This document shows positions 1-10,257 of a stretch of 64,000 nucleotides of DNA, one piece after another. How positions within the stretch are numbered: the stretch's first letter is position 1; every line of letters starts with the position of its first letter. The position numbers and the translations under genes are program-made. Source of the DNA: Octopus sinensis (lineage: Eukaryota); NCBI RefSeq assembly GCF_006345805.1, contig NC_043013.1, positions 55,118,001 to 55,182,000 on the forward strand, written 5' to 3'. The notes beneath the pieces were generated by a model. It searched no databases. It had not been told where the DNA came from and saw only the letters and a program-made list of their open reading frames with translations.

Positions 1-1100
1 TCCTTCCTGTTAAACAAAATCTATGACATGGAATAAATTGCCAAGTTGAGATTCATTTATTATTCCAATCCACTCTTAAAGAGTTTGGAAAACTGTGTTA
101 AGTACAAAGATATCTAAAAAGTACTTGAAAAAAAGTTCCATATTTATGGGATTATATTTTGGTAATTGTAGATGTTAGTAACTTATTTGTAGAATTATAC
201 TTCTAATCTGAATTATCATCTGGTATTAAAATAGGACATCAAAGAGAAACATATTGAAGAAACTGATTTTTGTCTGAAGAAATTTACAGTAATTTTCTTT
301 GATGCTGTGAGAAAATGGAAGAGATGTCTCCTTATTTTGCTGGATATCAGTACTAAATGTCTTAAGTGAGCAGGTGAATTAGAGGCTGCATATTTCAGAT
401 AAGTAATTCGTTGTGGTAGAAATATTTCCTGTATACTATCATCCTCCAGTTGCAGAGAGAAAAGTGGTTAAGTGGGCGAGGGAGAAAGAGAAGCTGAAAA
501 CTGATCAGATCTATAGCAGCAGAAGGTGTTCAGAAAAATCTGCCCCTGTGCACAGGTTAACAATTATGGTGGGAGAAAAAAATAATCATACTGTGTTATG
601 AATAAATTCAAGCAAAAGTTTGTAAATTACGAATATTGCCTGAGGCCTATAAGTGTGTATCCCCAAACAAGTATTGTGTGGAATTTATACAAGACACTTA
701 ACTCTACTTACACTATAGAGATAATGTGGTGCCAATAATATTGCCACACTCTCTTCTTGATCATATTGGCATAGATAAGACACGAGTTTTGGCATATGTA
801 CAAGCCAACAATAAAATACAGTTGTACTTGTATTTCTATGTATGAGCTTATTTTCAAATCAATTTATAAGATTTTGAGAATTTCACAAAGATTTTGGAAC
901 AACAGAATTGAAATAATATCATTTATATCTATGCTTGGAAAGTATACCAAGTTATATACATCAATGCTTTCTTAGAATATGTTCGATATAAACCTCCGCA
1001 ATGATTTCCTTACAAAGAACAATAGCTGCATCGGATATGAAAAAAGTTGGGCAAAAAAATATTTTACATTTGAATAAAACAAAAGTTTGCCAAAACAACT
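1..1100 (+). mobile_element. Highly degenerate Ty3/Gypsy LTR-retrotransposon pol relic (RT-like to integrase)
   Basis: Manual translation gives YLWDYILVI (~142-168, resembles RT YLDDILV), HIGIDKTRVLAY (762-797, integrase Zn-binding HxGxxKTxxxA motif) and INAFLEY (~960-980, resembles VDAxSKW). Many stops and frameshifts. Confidence 0.5.
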
Positions 1101-1250
1101 TCAAGAAGATTGTGGTTTAAAAAAAATTCATAGATGTACAGAAACCTACAAAACTGACTGAGGTTAATATGATTAAAATTATGTAGGCTTTTTTCCTACT
1201 TATATTAAAAAAAATATGGTTGTGCAACAGGTGTTTTTTTAATTCGTCTT

Positions 1251-1252
<2 letters not shown>

Positions 1253-1314
<62 letters not shown>
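1253..1314. repeat. (TA)n microsatellite
   Basis: Perfect dinucleotide run. Confidence 0.95.
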
Positions 1315-1319
<5 letters not shown>

Positions 1320-2104
1320 GGAGATATAGGAATCAAAACAAAATAGTACTACTAATCCTATCAAAAATAAAAGATTATTATTAATCCAAAGAATGTTAAA
1401 CTATATTTATCACTATGTTCTGTCGACTGACATATTTATTGCTACAGAAAAATGTTTCCTTATCTGCTACTTGTTTGCAAAGAATTATGCAACATAAATA
1501 CACTTTGTTTTAAAACTTCAAATGTTCCTTTTGCTTTGAATTCTATTTCAATTCCTGTTTACTTATGTTTATCTTTCTCTTTAGTTTAAAAAGAAAAAAA
1601 ATGGAAATTACACTTAGATCAAACATTTTATTTTCTAAGATTTTAAACGTTTCCCACTGGGAAACTTCGTTGGAACTGGGGGAGTGGGGGGAGGATACAA
1701 GCATCTGTTGTTGCAGCAGAATCATTCTACCATGCAGCTGGGTGAAAAACATTTAACTATTGCTAAACACATCCAGCTTGGGAGACATTATTATCTTTGA
1801 TTACACTTGTATTTCATTTCGTTTCCCTATAAAACTATTTTATACACAACTTAGAAAATCTTAAATTTGATTTAATTCCATCTTTCACAATATCCTGCCT
1901 CAAACATAATTCCACCACCTTCAACAAACATTTAATGGGGTTTTTTTCTTTACTTTTAAAAGAAGATTATATTTGACTAATCAATCATTTTGGTAGAGTC
2001 AGTGTTCAAAGTTCAAAGCTAAATTCTGTTCCAACTTCACCAACCTAAGTCCTATAGGAACTGTTTACTTTTAGTTGTTGTTGTTGTTATAATTCTTCTT
2101 CTTC

Positions 2105-2139
<35 letters not shown>

Positions 2140-2345
2140 GAGTTGGCGAACTGGCAGAATTGTTAGCACAAAATGCTTAGCAACATTTCATCCATCTTTA
2201 TGTTCTGAGTTCAAATTCCACCAAGGTTGACTTTGCCTTTCATACTTCCAGGGTCAAGGAAATAAGTACCAGTTGAAAACTGGGGTTGATATAATCGATA
2301 GCTCCTTCCCCAAAATTTCAGGCTTTGTGCCCATAGTAGATAGGA
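2140..2345 (+). mobile_element. tRNA-derived SINE with Meta/MESC-like core (family B)
   Basis: A-box-like tggcagaattgtt, B-box gagttcaaattcc, core gttgactttgcctttcat...ggggtc...aagtacc. Flanked by (ATT)n. Related copies at 2377, 13252 and 23975. Confidence 0.8.
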
Positions 2346-2376
2346 TTATTATTATTATTGTTATTATTATTATTGT

Positions 2377-2592
2377 AAGGTGGGTGAGCAGGCAGAATTG
2401 TTAGTAGACTGGATGAAATGCTTAGTGGCATTTTGTCTGTATTTACATTCTGAGTTCAAAGGTCGATTTTTGCCTTTCATCATTTTAGGGTTAATAAATT
2501 AAATACCAGTTGAACACAGGGGTGGATTACTTGACTTATCTAATCCCCACTCACCCCCAAATTACTGGCCTTGTCCCAAAATATGAAACCAT
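2377..2592 (+). mobile_element. SINE family B copy, tandem with the previous one
   Basis: Same head and core (gagttcaaa...gcctttcatc...taccagttgaa) following an (ATT)n tract. Confidence 0.8.
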
Positions 2593-2944
2593 TATCTTTA
2601 ATTGTTCTGATGAAATGAAAAATATCAGGATGTGAGTTGACAACAGAAACAGCAATATTTTGAACTTTCCATTCAACAATAGATAATTACTTTTACTGCC
2701 AAACAAGGGGAAAACTACAGGAAGCCCTAACAGTAAACCAGTGCCATTTGAATGATAAAAAATATGCTTCTAAGTTTTTGTTTTTGCTCAGCATCTGTTG
2801 TTTTTCCCATTCCATAAGTCTGTATGATTCTAATTTTAAAAAGAAAATTGAAATAATTAATTACTCAAAACCTAATTACAAAATTATGCAATAAAAGCAA
2901 AGAAACTCTACATTAAGAAGTGAAAAATACAATTCCCTGTAAGT

Positions 2945-3190
2945 CAGACTGTCTCATGGTCTCAGCAGACAAAATGGAAAAAGCATTGCCCTTGAGGATG
3001 GTGAGGGAAATGCACTGGAACAACCACTCGGACTCACATGGCTTGCACTTACAGACACCTATTTCCACCCCGATAGTAGTGAGCAGGGATATGGTCTGGG
3101 AGCCAAGAAGACTGGAATTCTCCACTGCCACTGGCTCAACCATAAACCTGTTGGAGAGCGAGTGATGCCTTGTCAGTTTGCTTTTCTAGG
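2945..3190 (-). mobile_element. C-terminal restriction-like endonuclease fragment of a CRE-like non-LTR retrotransposon
   Basis: Minus frame reads KSKLTRHHSLSNRFMVEPVAVENSSLLGSQTISLLTTIG...ESEWLFQCISLTILKGNAFSILS. This fits the CRE-clade C-terminal pattern KY..L...F.P.AVET.G..G...LG...WLFQRISLAI.RGNA.SIL (ORF 2913-3143). Confidence 0.65.
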
Positions 3191-3449
3191 CAAATGAATA
3201 AGAAATATTATATAACTGTTTTTTGTTAGATTTGCTGTCATCTCTAGCATTTTCTGCTATCAGTGCAGGCTCTGAATTCTTGACAGAATCTGTAGAGATA
3301 AACTTAAAAATGGGAACACTGCTTATACAAATGTAAGGTTCACTACTGACTTGTAAGCCTTTAATGCACTTGATAGCATATTGTGGTTGCAAAATGAAAT
3401 ACAGTGTCCTTGCTAGCAATTAAAATGTAAATTAAGAATATTTGCTAAT

Positions 3450-3720
3450 AAGAAGTGAAATGATCAAGAAATTGGATCACAAAGTGGCTGTCACTTTGCA
3501 ATGAACCTCATCTCTGATAAGATCAACAGACATTAATTAAGAGTCAAATAGAAGCAATTTCACTGGCAAACAAGGCTGGACATGGTCATACGAGCTAAAA
3601 GGGATGATACTGGAAGCAGAATGTAGGATCTAATAAGTATTTATGAATTATGACTCCTGGACACCAACTAATGGAATAAGAATAGACAGATGCATAAACT
3701 CTGAGAGGTTAAGTTTAATT
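3450..3720 (+). mobile_element. Possible very old RTE-LINE ORF C-terminal relic
   Basis: QFHWQTRLDMVIR and DSWTPTNGIRIDRC loosely resemble the RTE RLRWAGHV.R and W.P..GKR.RGRP motifs. Confidence 0.3.
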
Positions 3721-4081
3721 GCCAGAATTGACAAAGTGCTGGTTCCAATTCTCATTGCAGTTGGATTTTCATTGTTCTGTCAATTCAATATTGACCAAGA
3801 TTTGAGTGAAGCTAAATATTCAATATTAAATTCAATGATAACATAACATTCTTCATATGAGATTATTTTAGTCAGTGGCTGAGATTCTCTGTGGAGGAAA
3901 AGCACACGAAAATATAATTGATGGAAACTTCTTCAGGAATTTGAAAAATTCATTTAGGTGAAATAAGGCTTTGTGGTTAAGAAGTTTGCTTCTCAATCAT
4001 GTGATTTTGGGTTCAATCCCATTGCACAACACCTTGAGCCAACAAAAAGCTTTGTGACAGAAACTGAAAGAAGCCCAGATG

Positions 4082-4130
<49 letters not shown>

Positions 4131-4135
<5 letters not shown>

Positions 4136-4394
4136 TCTAGGCTTCTTTCAGTTTCTGTCAACCAAATCCACTCAGAAAGCTATTTGTTGGCTCAAGGTGT
4201 TGTGCAATTATATATATATATAGTAAAATGTGTACTTACATATAAGAGAACAAAGTGAGCGTACGCTGCTATATATATATATATATAAAATACAAGATGG
4301 GACAAGAACGCAAAACATCTGAACAACTAAATGGTATCACCTAGTTGTCCGGATGTTTTGTGTTCTTGTCCCATTTTGTATTTTATATATATAT

Positions 4395-4430
<36 letters not shown>

Positions 4431-4677
4431 ATTATCTAGGCTTCTTTCAGTTTCTGTCAACCAAATCCACTCAGAAAGCTATTTGTTGGCTCAAGGTGTT
4501 GTGCAATTATATATATATATAGTAAAATGTGTACTTACATATAAGAGAACAAAGTGAGCGTACGCTGCTATATATATATATATATAAAATACAAGATGGG
4601 ACAAGAACGCAAAACATCTGAACAACTAAATGGTATCACCTAGTTGTCCGGATGTTTTGTGTTCTTGTCCCATTTTG

Positions 4678-4726
<49 letters not shown>

Positions 4727-4729
4727 ATA
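4131..4729. repeat. Near-exact 299-bp tandem duplication bounded by (TA)n
   Basis: aattatctaggcttc starts at 4131 and again at 4430; the unique segments are identical in both units. Confidence 0.95.
4287..4384. repeat. 98-bp fold-back (43-bp inverted arms) between (TA)n tracts; second copy at 4586-4683
   Basis: Left arm aaaatacaagatgggacaagaacgcaaaacatctgaacaacta versus reverse complement of right arm aaaatacaaaatgggacaagaacacaaaacatccggacaacta. Confidence 0.9.
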
Positions 4730-5789
4730 TATACACATATAGATACATATATACATACATACATGAATGCAAGTGTGTGTGCTTCCTTGTCTTGCCATTA
4801 TGTGATAGCTTAAAATCAGTGTCATCCATTCCTAATCTTCAATGGAAGCATGGCAATTCATGGTAAAATAATACTTTGCTTTGAAACAAATGAGGGTTAG
4901 TGATAGAAAGAACATCCAGCCATAGCAAATCTACTGCAAAGAATTCTGTGTGACCCATGCAAAGATGAGGATGTTAATGATAATAATATAATATCCCAAG
5001 AAGTACAGCTTAAGTAAAGCACACTAAAGTAGATGTCTGTTACTGCTGCTATAGTTGTTGTTGTTTGCCCCAGAGGTCAAATCACAAGATGTTTCCTTCT
5101 TATTTGAAGTCAAGCAAGATATTTGGTTGCTATTTCTAGTAGGCAGAGGAACTGTACAGAAGTTCTTTCATTGATCTGTGTCACTATAACAGAGTGGGGA
5201 ATCGGTTTGGGATTTACTGTTTTGAGATCAAAAGTTGCTAAATATGACTTTGCCATTTTATCTCTGCAGATAACAGAACCAACTTCAATCAATATCAAAC
5301 ATACTGACTTTACATATCCTCTCCAACCAATTAACTCTCAATTAGTATGGAGTACATATTAATTCAATACTGATTTGATAATTACTTGTTAGTCATAATC
5401 ACCAATTAACAACAACTTCTAATTACATCACAAACACGCTATAATGAATGGACCATATATCCTGTTCTGTTATCACTTCTAATAGGTGGCACCATGGTAT
5501 ACCTTTAGTGCCTTAATCCTTTCAAATCTGAGTCTCCATGTCTAACTTTTCCTAAGCAGCAGGTGCCCCGTTTTTCACAAACAATACAAAACATGTTAGA
5601 GGACGTTGTATAAAAACAACTAAAATAAACTCTCAGCATGATAGATGTTTGGGTGTAGGAAGGATTGAACTTGAAAACCACGATTACTAGGAATCAACTG
5701 AGAGACAAAGATTTGGTTGTTAATACATAGAAAAGTTTATTTAATGGTAACAAGGTATCATTTTCAGTAATTTTTATTTCAAAGGAAGA

Positions 5790-6950
5790 TATTTCCACAT
5801 TTGGTTCAGAAAACTGGAGTTCTTTTAAGGATTGGTCAATTCCTGTGAGTAATATTTGCCAAAACTATTCTTAAATGAACAAACCACATACAAATTGGCA
5901 CCAGTAAAACTATAGAATTTGATGCAAAAGGCATTTGATAATACAAAAAATACTTTTGCTAAGAATAATTTAAACAGTGTTATTGCTAAGAACTCGTTAG
6001 TATAGTTAATGCCAAAAGGGACATTTCATGGACAACCAATGCTTCAGAGCCATCTCTATCAGAAATTTTTTTCTCAGAACAAACACTCAAGTCCATTTTT
6101 ATCAAGAAGGATACCTGCTGCTGAATCCAATTCAGATATTGAGAGAATAACACCAGCAATTGTATGGACCACACAGTTGCTGTTTCAATTCAATCATAAA
6201 CCTCATAAATTCATTTCTAGTCCACACAAAGAACGTCCATAGGTTAAGTTTTTGAGAATATGGAGGTGTGCAACACAGCTGACAGCATCTGATTTTCTAA
6301 TTACATATGTCAAAGAGAACTTCTCTCAGAGATATACTTTAGACTGCAACAGCAGAATTTAAGTTAAGGTAATGTTGATAATAACTTCATACATTGGATA
6401 GGAATGATGTGTTATGGCTTGATAGATTGGCTTTAAGAAGCACTCTGTGATCCAATATTATACAAAGGCTTTTCCTGAATGCTAAATAATGCCTGCAGTA
6501 CTTTAATGCTGAAAGACCTTGTAAGCAGATCATAGAAAACAGCATTCAAAGCAATTGTAATCTGTTATGGTTAAAGGCTACAAACTCATTCGGCATTCAT
6601 GAGGCAAGAGATCGTGCAGCCATGTTCTATTCCAAACATGAGTAGACATAGTAAAAAACAAATTGTTCCATCTGAAGTATCCAGAAGGTAAATCCTTTAA
6701 AGTGTTGATGCCAATGTTTGTTGTTGTGACATTACTGAGCTTGCACAGTTACACAAAACACGAAGCATAGCAACTTGCCTATTCACACAGAATGTCAACA
6801 ACGACATACATAAATGCCCTAAATGTAATGCAAAAACTTTTCCAAAGAACAGGCTTCATTCATTGACATGAATATGATCCATGTCGACGTGAATAATAGC
6901 AATGTTAATGGTATTGGATAGTTGCCTATCATACTGGAGTGCTTTGTGAT
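5790..6950 (+). mobile_element. Degenerate Ty3/Gypsy pol relic (RT thumb, RNase H, integrase start)
   Basis: SF.GLVN-like (~5821), QKAFD (5925), WTTNASE (DAS motif). ORF 6009-6242 reads SQNKHSSPFLSRRIPAAESNSDIERITPAIVW...NHKP, matching the RNase H pattern SR.L..AE.NYS.IE.E.LAIVW...DHKP. Followed by ITYVK and a C-x2-C-like remnant. Confidence 0.75.
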
Positions 6951-7216
6951 CTGGTCAGAAACTGTTAATATGAACAAACTTTTCTTCATACTTCAGTCTC
7001 CCTCTCTCCCTTTCTTCTATATATATTCATAAAGCAACATCTTGTTTTATAAATTTTTATATAAATTCTGCATACACTAACAGCATTCCACATATAAAAG
7101 GATTAATCCTGCTGTATGATGGTATATGGTAGCTGATAACTGTATTAGTGCTTTGAAATGCACATTATGAAGTTATTACCAAGATAATATCAAACACATA
7201 CACATAGTTATATATA

Positions 7217-7252
<36 letters not shown>

Positions 7253-7256
<4 letters not shown>

Positions 7257-7441
7257 AGAATTCATGAAAAATACAAAAGACGAAGACAGGTGGTGTAGAA
7301 AACAAACAGATGTAATAGTATAATGTTCAGGAATTGAAAAAGTCTTTTACATTTCGTGCCTACGCTCTTCTACAGAAAGAAACATAGAAGAAAAAAGGAG
7401 AGAAAAAAATCTGTGTAGTGGCTAACAATCTATCATGGCGA
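7253..7441 (-). mobile_element. Penelope-like (PLE) terminal-repeat-type fragment inserted in (TA)n
   Basis: Unique segment between TA tracts containing tttcgtgcctacgctcttc, with the same architecture as the 10253 element and a hammerhead-like fold on the minus strand. Confidence 0.5.
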
Positions 7442-7461
7442 ATATATATATCTATATATAT

Positions 7462-7870
7462 GCAGGTGTGGCTGTGTGGTTTTGTGTTCAGTTCCATGGC
7501 ATGGTACCTTGGACAAGTGTCTTTTTTTATAGCCAATCAAAGCCTTGCGAGAGGATTTGGTAGATGGAAATTAATAGAAGCCTGTTTTATATGTATATAA
7601 ATGTGTGTGTGTGTGTACAAGTATGCTTGTGTCTCCTTATTTTGACATTGTATGACAGTTGTAAACGTGTGCCACTGTCACATATGCCATGTCATTCATT
7701 TCCAATATTCTGCAGAGACATATCTGGCCATGAGGCAATATTAACCTGCTTGGAAATAGTTGAAGGTTGGTGAAAGGAAGGGCATCCAATCTAAGGAAAT
7801 TTGTATCAATGAACTTTGGCCAATTTATGTAAACATGGAGAAACAGATGTTAAGGTGATGATGTTGATGT
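7462..7870 (+). mobile_element. tRNA-derived SINE family A variant with RTE-like 3' tail
   Basis: A box tggctgtgtggt, B-box-like gttcagttcc, core ccttggacaagtgtc...ggatttggtagatggaaa, internal (TG)n, tail ggaagggcatcca...gttaaggtgatgatg. Confidence 0.8.
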
Positions 7871-8420
7871 GTGTAAAGCATGGATAAATGTTTATATGTA
7901 TACAAGCTTTGTGACAATTCGTCAATGATAAACAATCACAAAAGCAAGACAGCCTTTGGTTCCAGTGGGAATGGCTCTTCATTGGCAACTGTTGAAATGA
8001 TTAGCCCGATGTAAGAAATATCAAACCATCACTCATGAGCCATTATTGCTTCGTTATGTTAGTAGTCCTTCTTGAAGTACTTAATATAATATCTAAATCC
8101 TTGTTTCGTAAATTATTTTCTTCACTTGAAAATTTTGCTCATTTTCCCCATTCTAAATATACGACATGTAAAGAATACAATTAATTTTAGAGAAAGAGAA
8201 GAGCAGCCAACAAATGTCTATAAATTGAAATTATATATATATATAAAAGCATTTGCTCATTACAAGTTGCTTAGACCACTGAAAACGTAAGAACTACCAG
8301 AATAAAATGGATGCTAGACAGAAGTCAATGGGTGACAATGTACATTAGACTTAAAAGTCTGGAAGTCATATTGAAGAGGAAAACAAGATTGTGGAAGGGT
8401 ATATATATATATACATATAT

Positions 8421-8724
8421 ATCACGTGATCACGTGACCAACCAGTCCATCAGATGTAGTTACATATCGCTGGTCACAATGCGTTCGCATTGTTTTAGCC
8501 TTCGAATGACGCCACTCCGCTGGCTAAGCGAGCAGGCCAACAGAAGAAAGAGTGGGAGAAAGAGTGGTGAAAGAGTACAGCAGGGATCACCACCCCCTGC
8601 CGGAGCCTCGTGGAGCTTTAAGGTGTTTTCGCTCAATAAACACTCACAACACCCGGTCTGGGAATCGAAACCGCGATCCTACGACCGCGAGTCCGCTGCC
8701 CTAACCACTAGGCCATTGCGCCTC

Positions 8725-8726
<2 letters not shown>
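8421..8726 (-). mobile_element. Young tRNA-Arg-like SINE (family C; resembles octopus OR-type SINEs)
   Basis: Minus strand reads ggaggcgcaatggcctagtggttagggcagcggactcgcggtcgtaggatcgcggtttcgattcccagacc (A box, TCG anticodon-like loop, B box), then ~230 bp of non-tRNA body. CpG-rich. Partial copy at 26870-26998. Confidence 0.8.
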
Positions 8727-8776
<50 letters not shown>

Positions 8777-8811
8777 TATAATATATACATATATATATAT
8801 ACATATATATA

Positions 8812-9270
8812 TCGAAATCAAATTTGATGACTGGCATCTGTGCTGGTGGAGTGCTAAGAGTAACATACGAGCGAGATCGTTGCCAGAGCAACAAGCTGGC
8901 CTCCGTGCCGATGGCATGAAAAAACACCATTCGAGCATGATCGTTACCTGCGTCGCCTTACTGGCACATGAAAAAAACATTCAAGTGAGGTCGTTGCCAG
9001 TGCCGCTGGACTGGCTCCTGCGCAGGTGGCACATAAAAAACCCCATTTGAGCATGGCCATTGCCAGTACTGCCTGATGGGCCCTCGTGCCAGTGGCACAT
9101 TAAAGCACCCACTACACTCTCGGAGTGGTTGGCATTAGAAAGGGCATCCAGCTATAGAAACTCTGCCAGATCAGATTGGTGTCTGGTGCAGCCATCTGGT
9201 TCGCCAGACCTCAGTCAAATCGTCCAACCCATGCTAGCATAGAAAGTGGACGTTAAACGATGATGATGGT
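8812..9270 (+). mobile_element. Non-autonomous RTE-derived element or RTE 3' UTR with internal tandem units and (GAT)n tail
   Basis: Shares ggca...aaaa(g)caccattcgagcatg units and the terminal cacccactacactctc...ccatgctagcat...gttaaacgatgatgat with the RTE at 57445-58452. Confidence 0.75.
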
Positions 9271-9299
9271 GATAGATAGATAGATAGATATATACATAT

Positions 9300-9470
9300 T
9301 TTGTGGTGTCTGGAGAGAGTCGTTCTCGTTTAGTGCCATATTATTTAACACACTCACCGGTTTAGTTTCCACTCATTTACCTATTTACTTTTTCTAAAAT
9401 TTTCGTTGCGTCTTGCAAACTTTTCAATAGTCGTTGACTCTGTCCATTATCCGAGCTGCATTCTTTGTTT
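9300..9470 (-). mobile_element. Probable PLE-like terminal fragment
   Basis: Unique CpG-containing segment between microsatellites, with a hairpin-GAAA-palindrome layout like those at 7343 and 10344. Confidence 0.35.
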
Positions 9471-9960
9471 GTTTGTGCACATGTGTGTGGATCAGTGTGC
9501 ATGTGCATACACATATGTATGTGTGTATGCATGCATGCATGTGTGTATGCATATTATGTGTGTGTGCACATGCGTATATATGTACATTTGTATGTATATA
9601 TTCTGCATATTCATGTGTTTGTGTGTGAGTGTGTGTTTGCATGTGTGTGTGTGTCTGTCTATGGGTTTTTGTGACTATGTACTGTGTCTGTTATGTATGG
9701 ATGTGTGTTTCCATATGTGTCCTTGTGTGAAGTGAAATGTGTGTGTGTGTGTGTGTGTGTGTATGGTCATGTATTTCAGTCTTCGTTTCTATATGTGTGC
9801 TTGTCTGTTCATAATACCTGTGTAACTATTTATCTATATGTCTATCTGTTTACATTCATATCCATTTACCTACATACATATGCATATACATACATATGCA
9901 TATACATACATATGCATATACATATATACACATACACACACACATACATCTACATAACAG
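9470..9960. repeat. Compound (TG)/(TATG)/(CATA) low-complexity tract
   Basis: Direct inspection; it explains the overlapping C/V/H/Y-rich ORFs. Confidence 0.9.
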
Positions 9961-9999
9961 CCCACTAACCTGTATATAGAAATAAATTGTGGGTATAGC

Positions 10000-10170
10000 T
10001 TGACACAGAATGTGACAAGGCTGGCCCTTTGAAATACAGATTCAGCTTATTTTTGCCATTTGAGTGGACAGGAGCAATGAGAAATAAAATATCTTGCTCA
10101 AATGCAGCACCAGGAATTGAACTTATGATCTTATGACCATGAGCCGAGTACTTTAACCACTAAACCATAC

Positions 10171-10172
<2 letters not shown>
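10000..10172 (-). mobile_element. tRNA-derived SINE fragment (family E)
   Basis: gtgacaaggctggcccttt...gagtggacaggagca...tcttgctcaa...taaccactaa. Longer copy at 52200-52690, partial copy at 26710-26860. Confidence 0.7.

Positions 10173-10252
<80 letters not shown>

Positions 10253-10257
<5 letters not shown>

Larger units (their letters stand above)
3960..4985 (+). mobile_element. tRNA-derived SINE (family A variant) with an expanded internal microsatellite carrying inserted and duplicated pieces
   Basis: Head ggctttgtggttaagaag...gggttcaatccc...gaaactgaaagaagccc at 3960-4080. Tail ccttgtcttgcc...gaacatccagcc...gatgttaatgat at ~4780-4985. Collinear with the uninterrupted copy at 7462-7870. 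Confidence 0.7.

Noticed and set aside
8650-8726. tRNA-Arg gene on the minus strand
   Set aside because: A and B boxes are present but there is no closing acceptor stem or terminator; it continues into a SINE body and has a second copy at ~26.9 kb.
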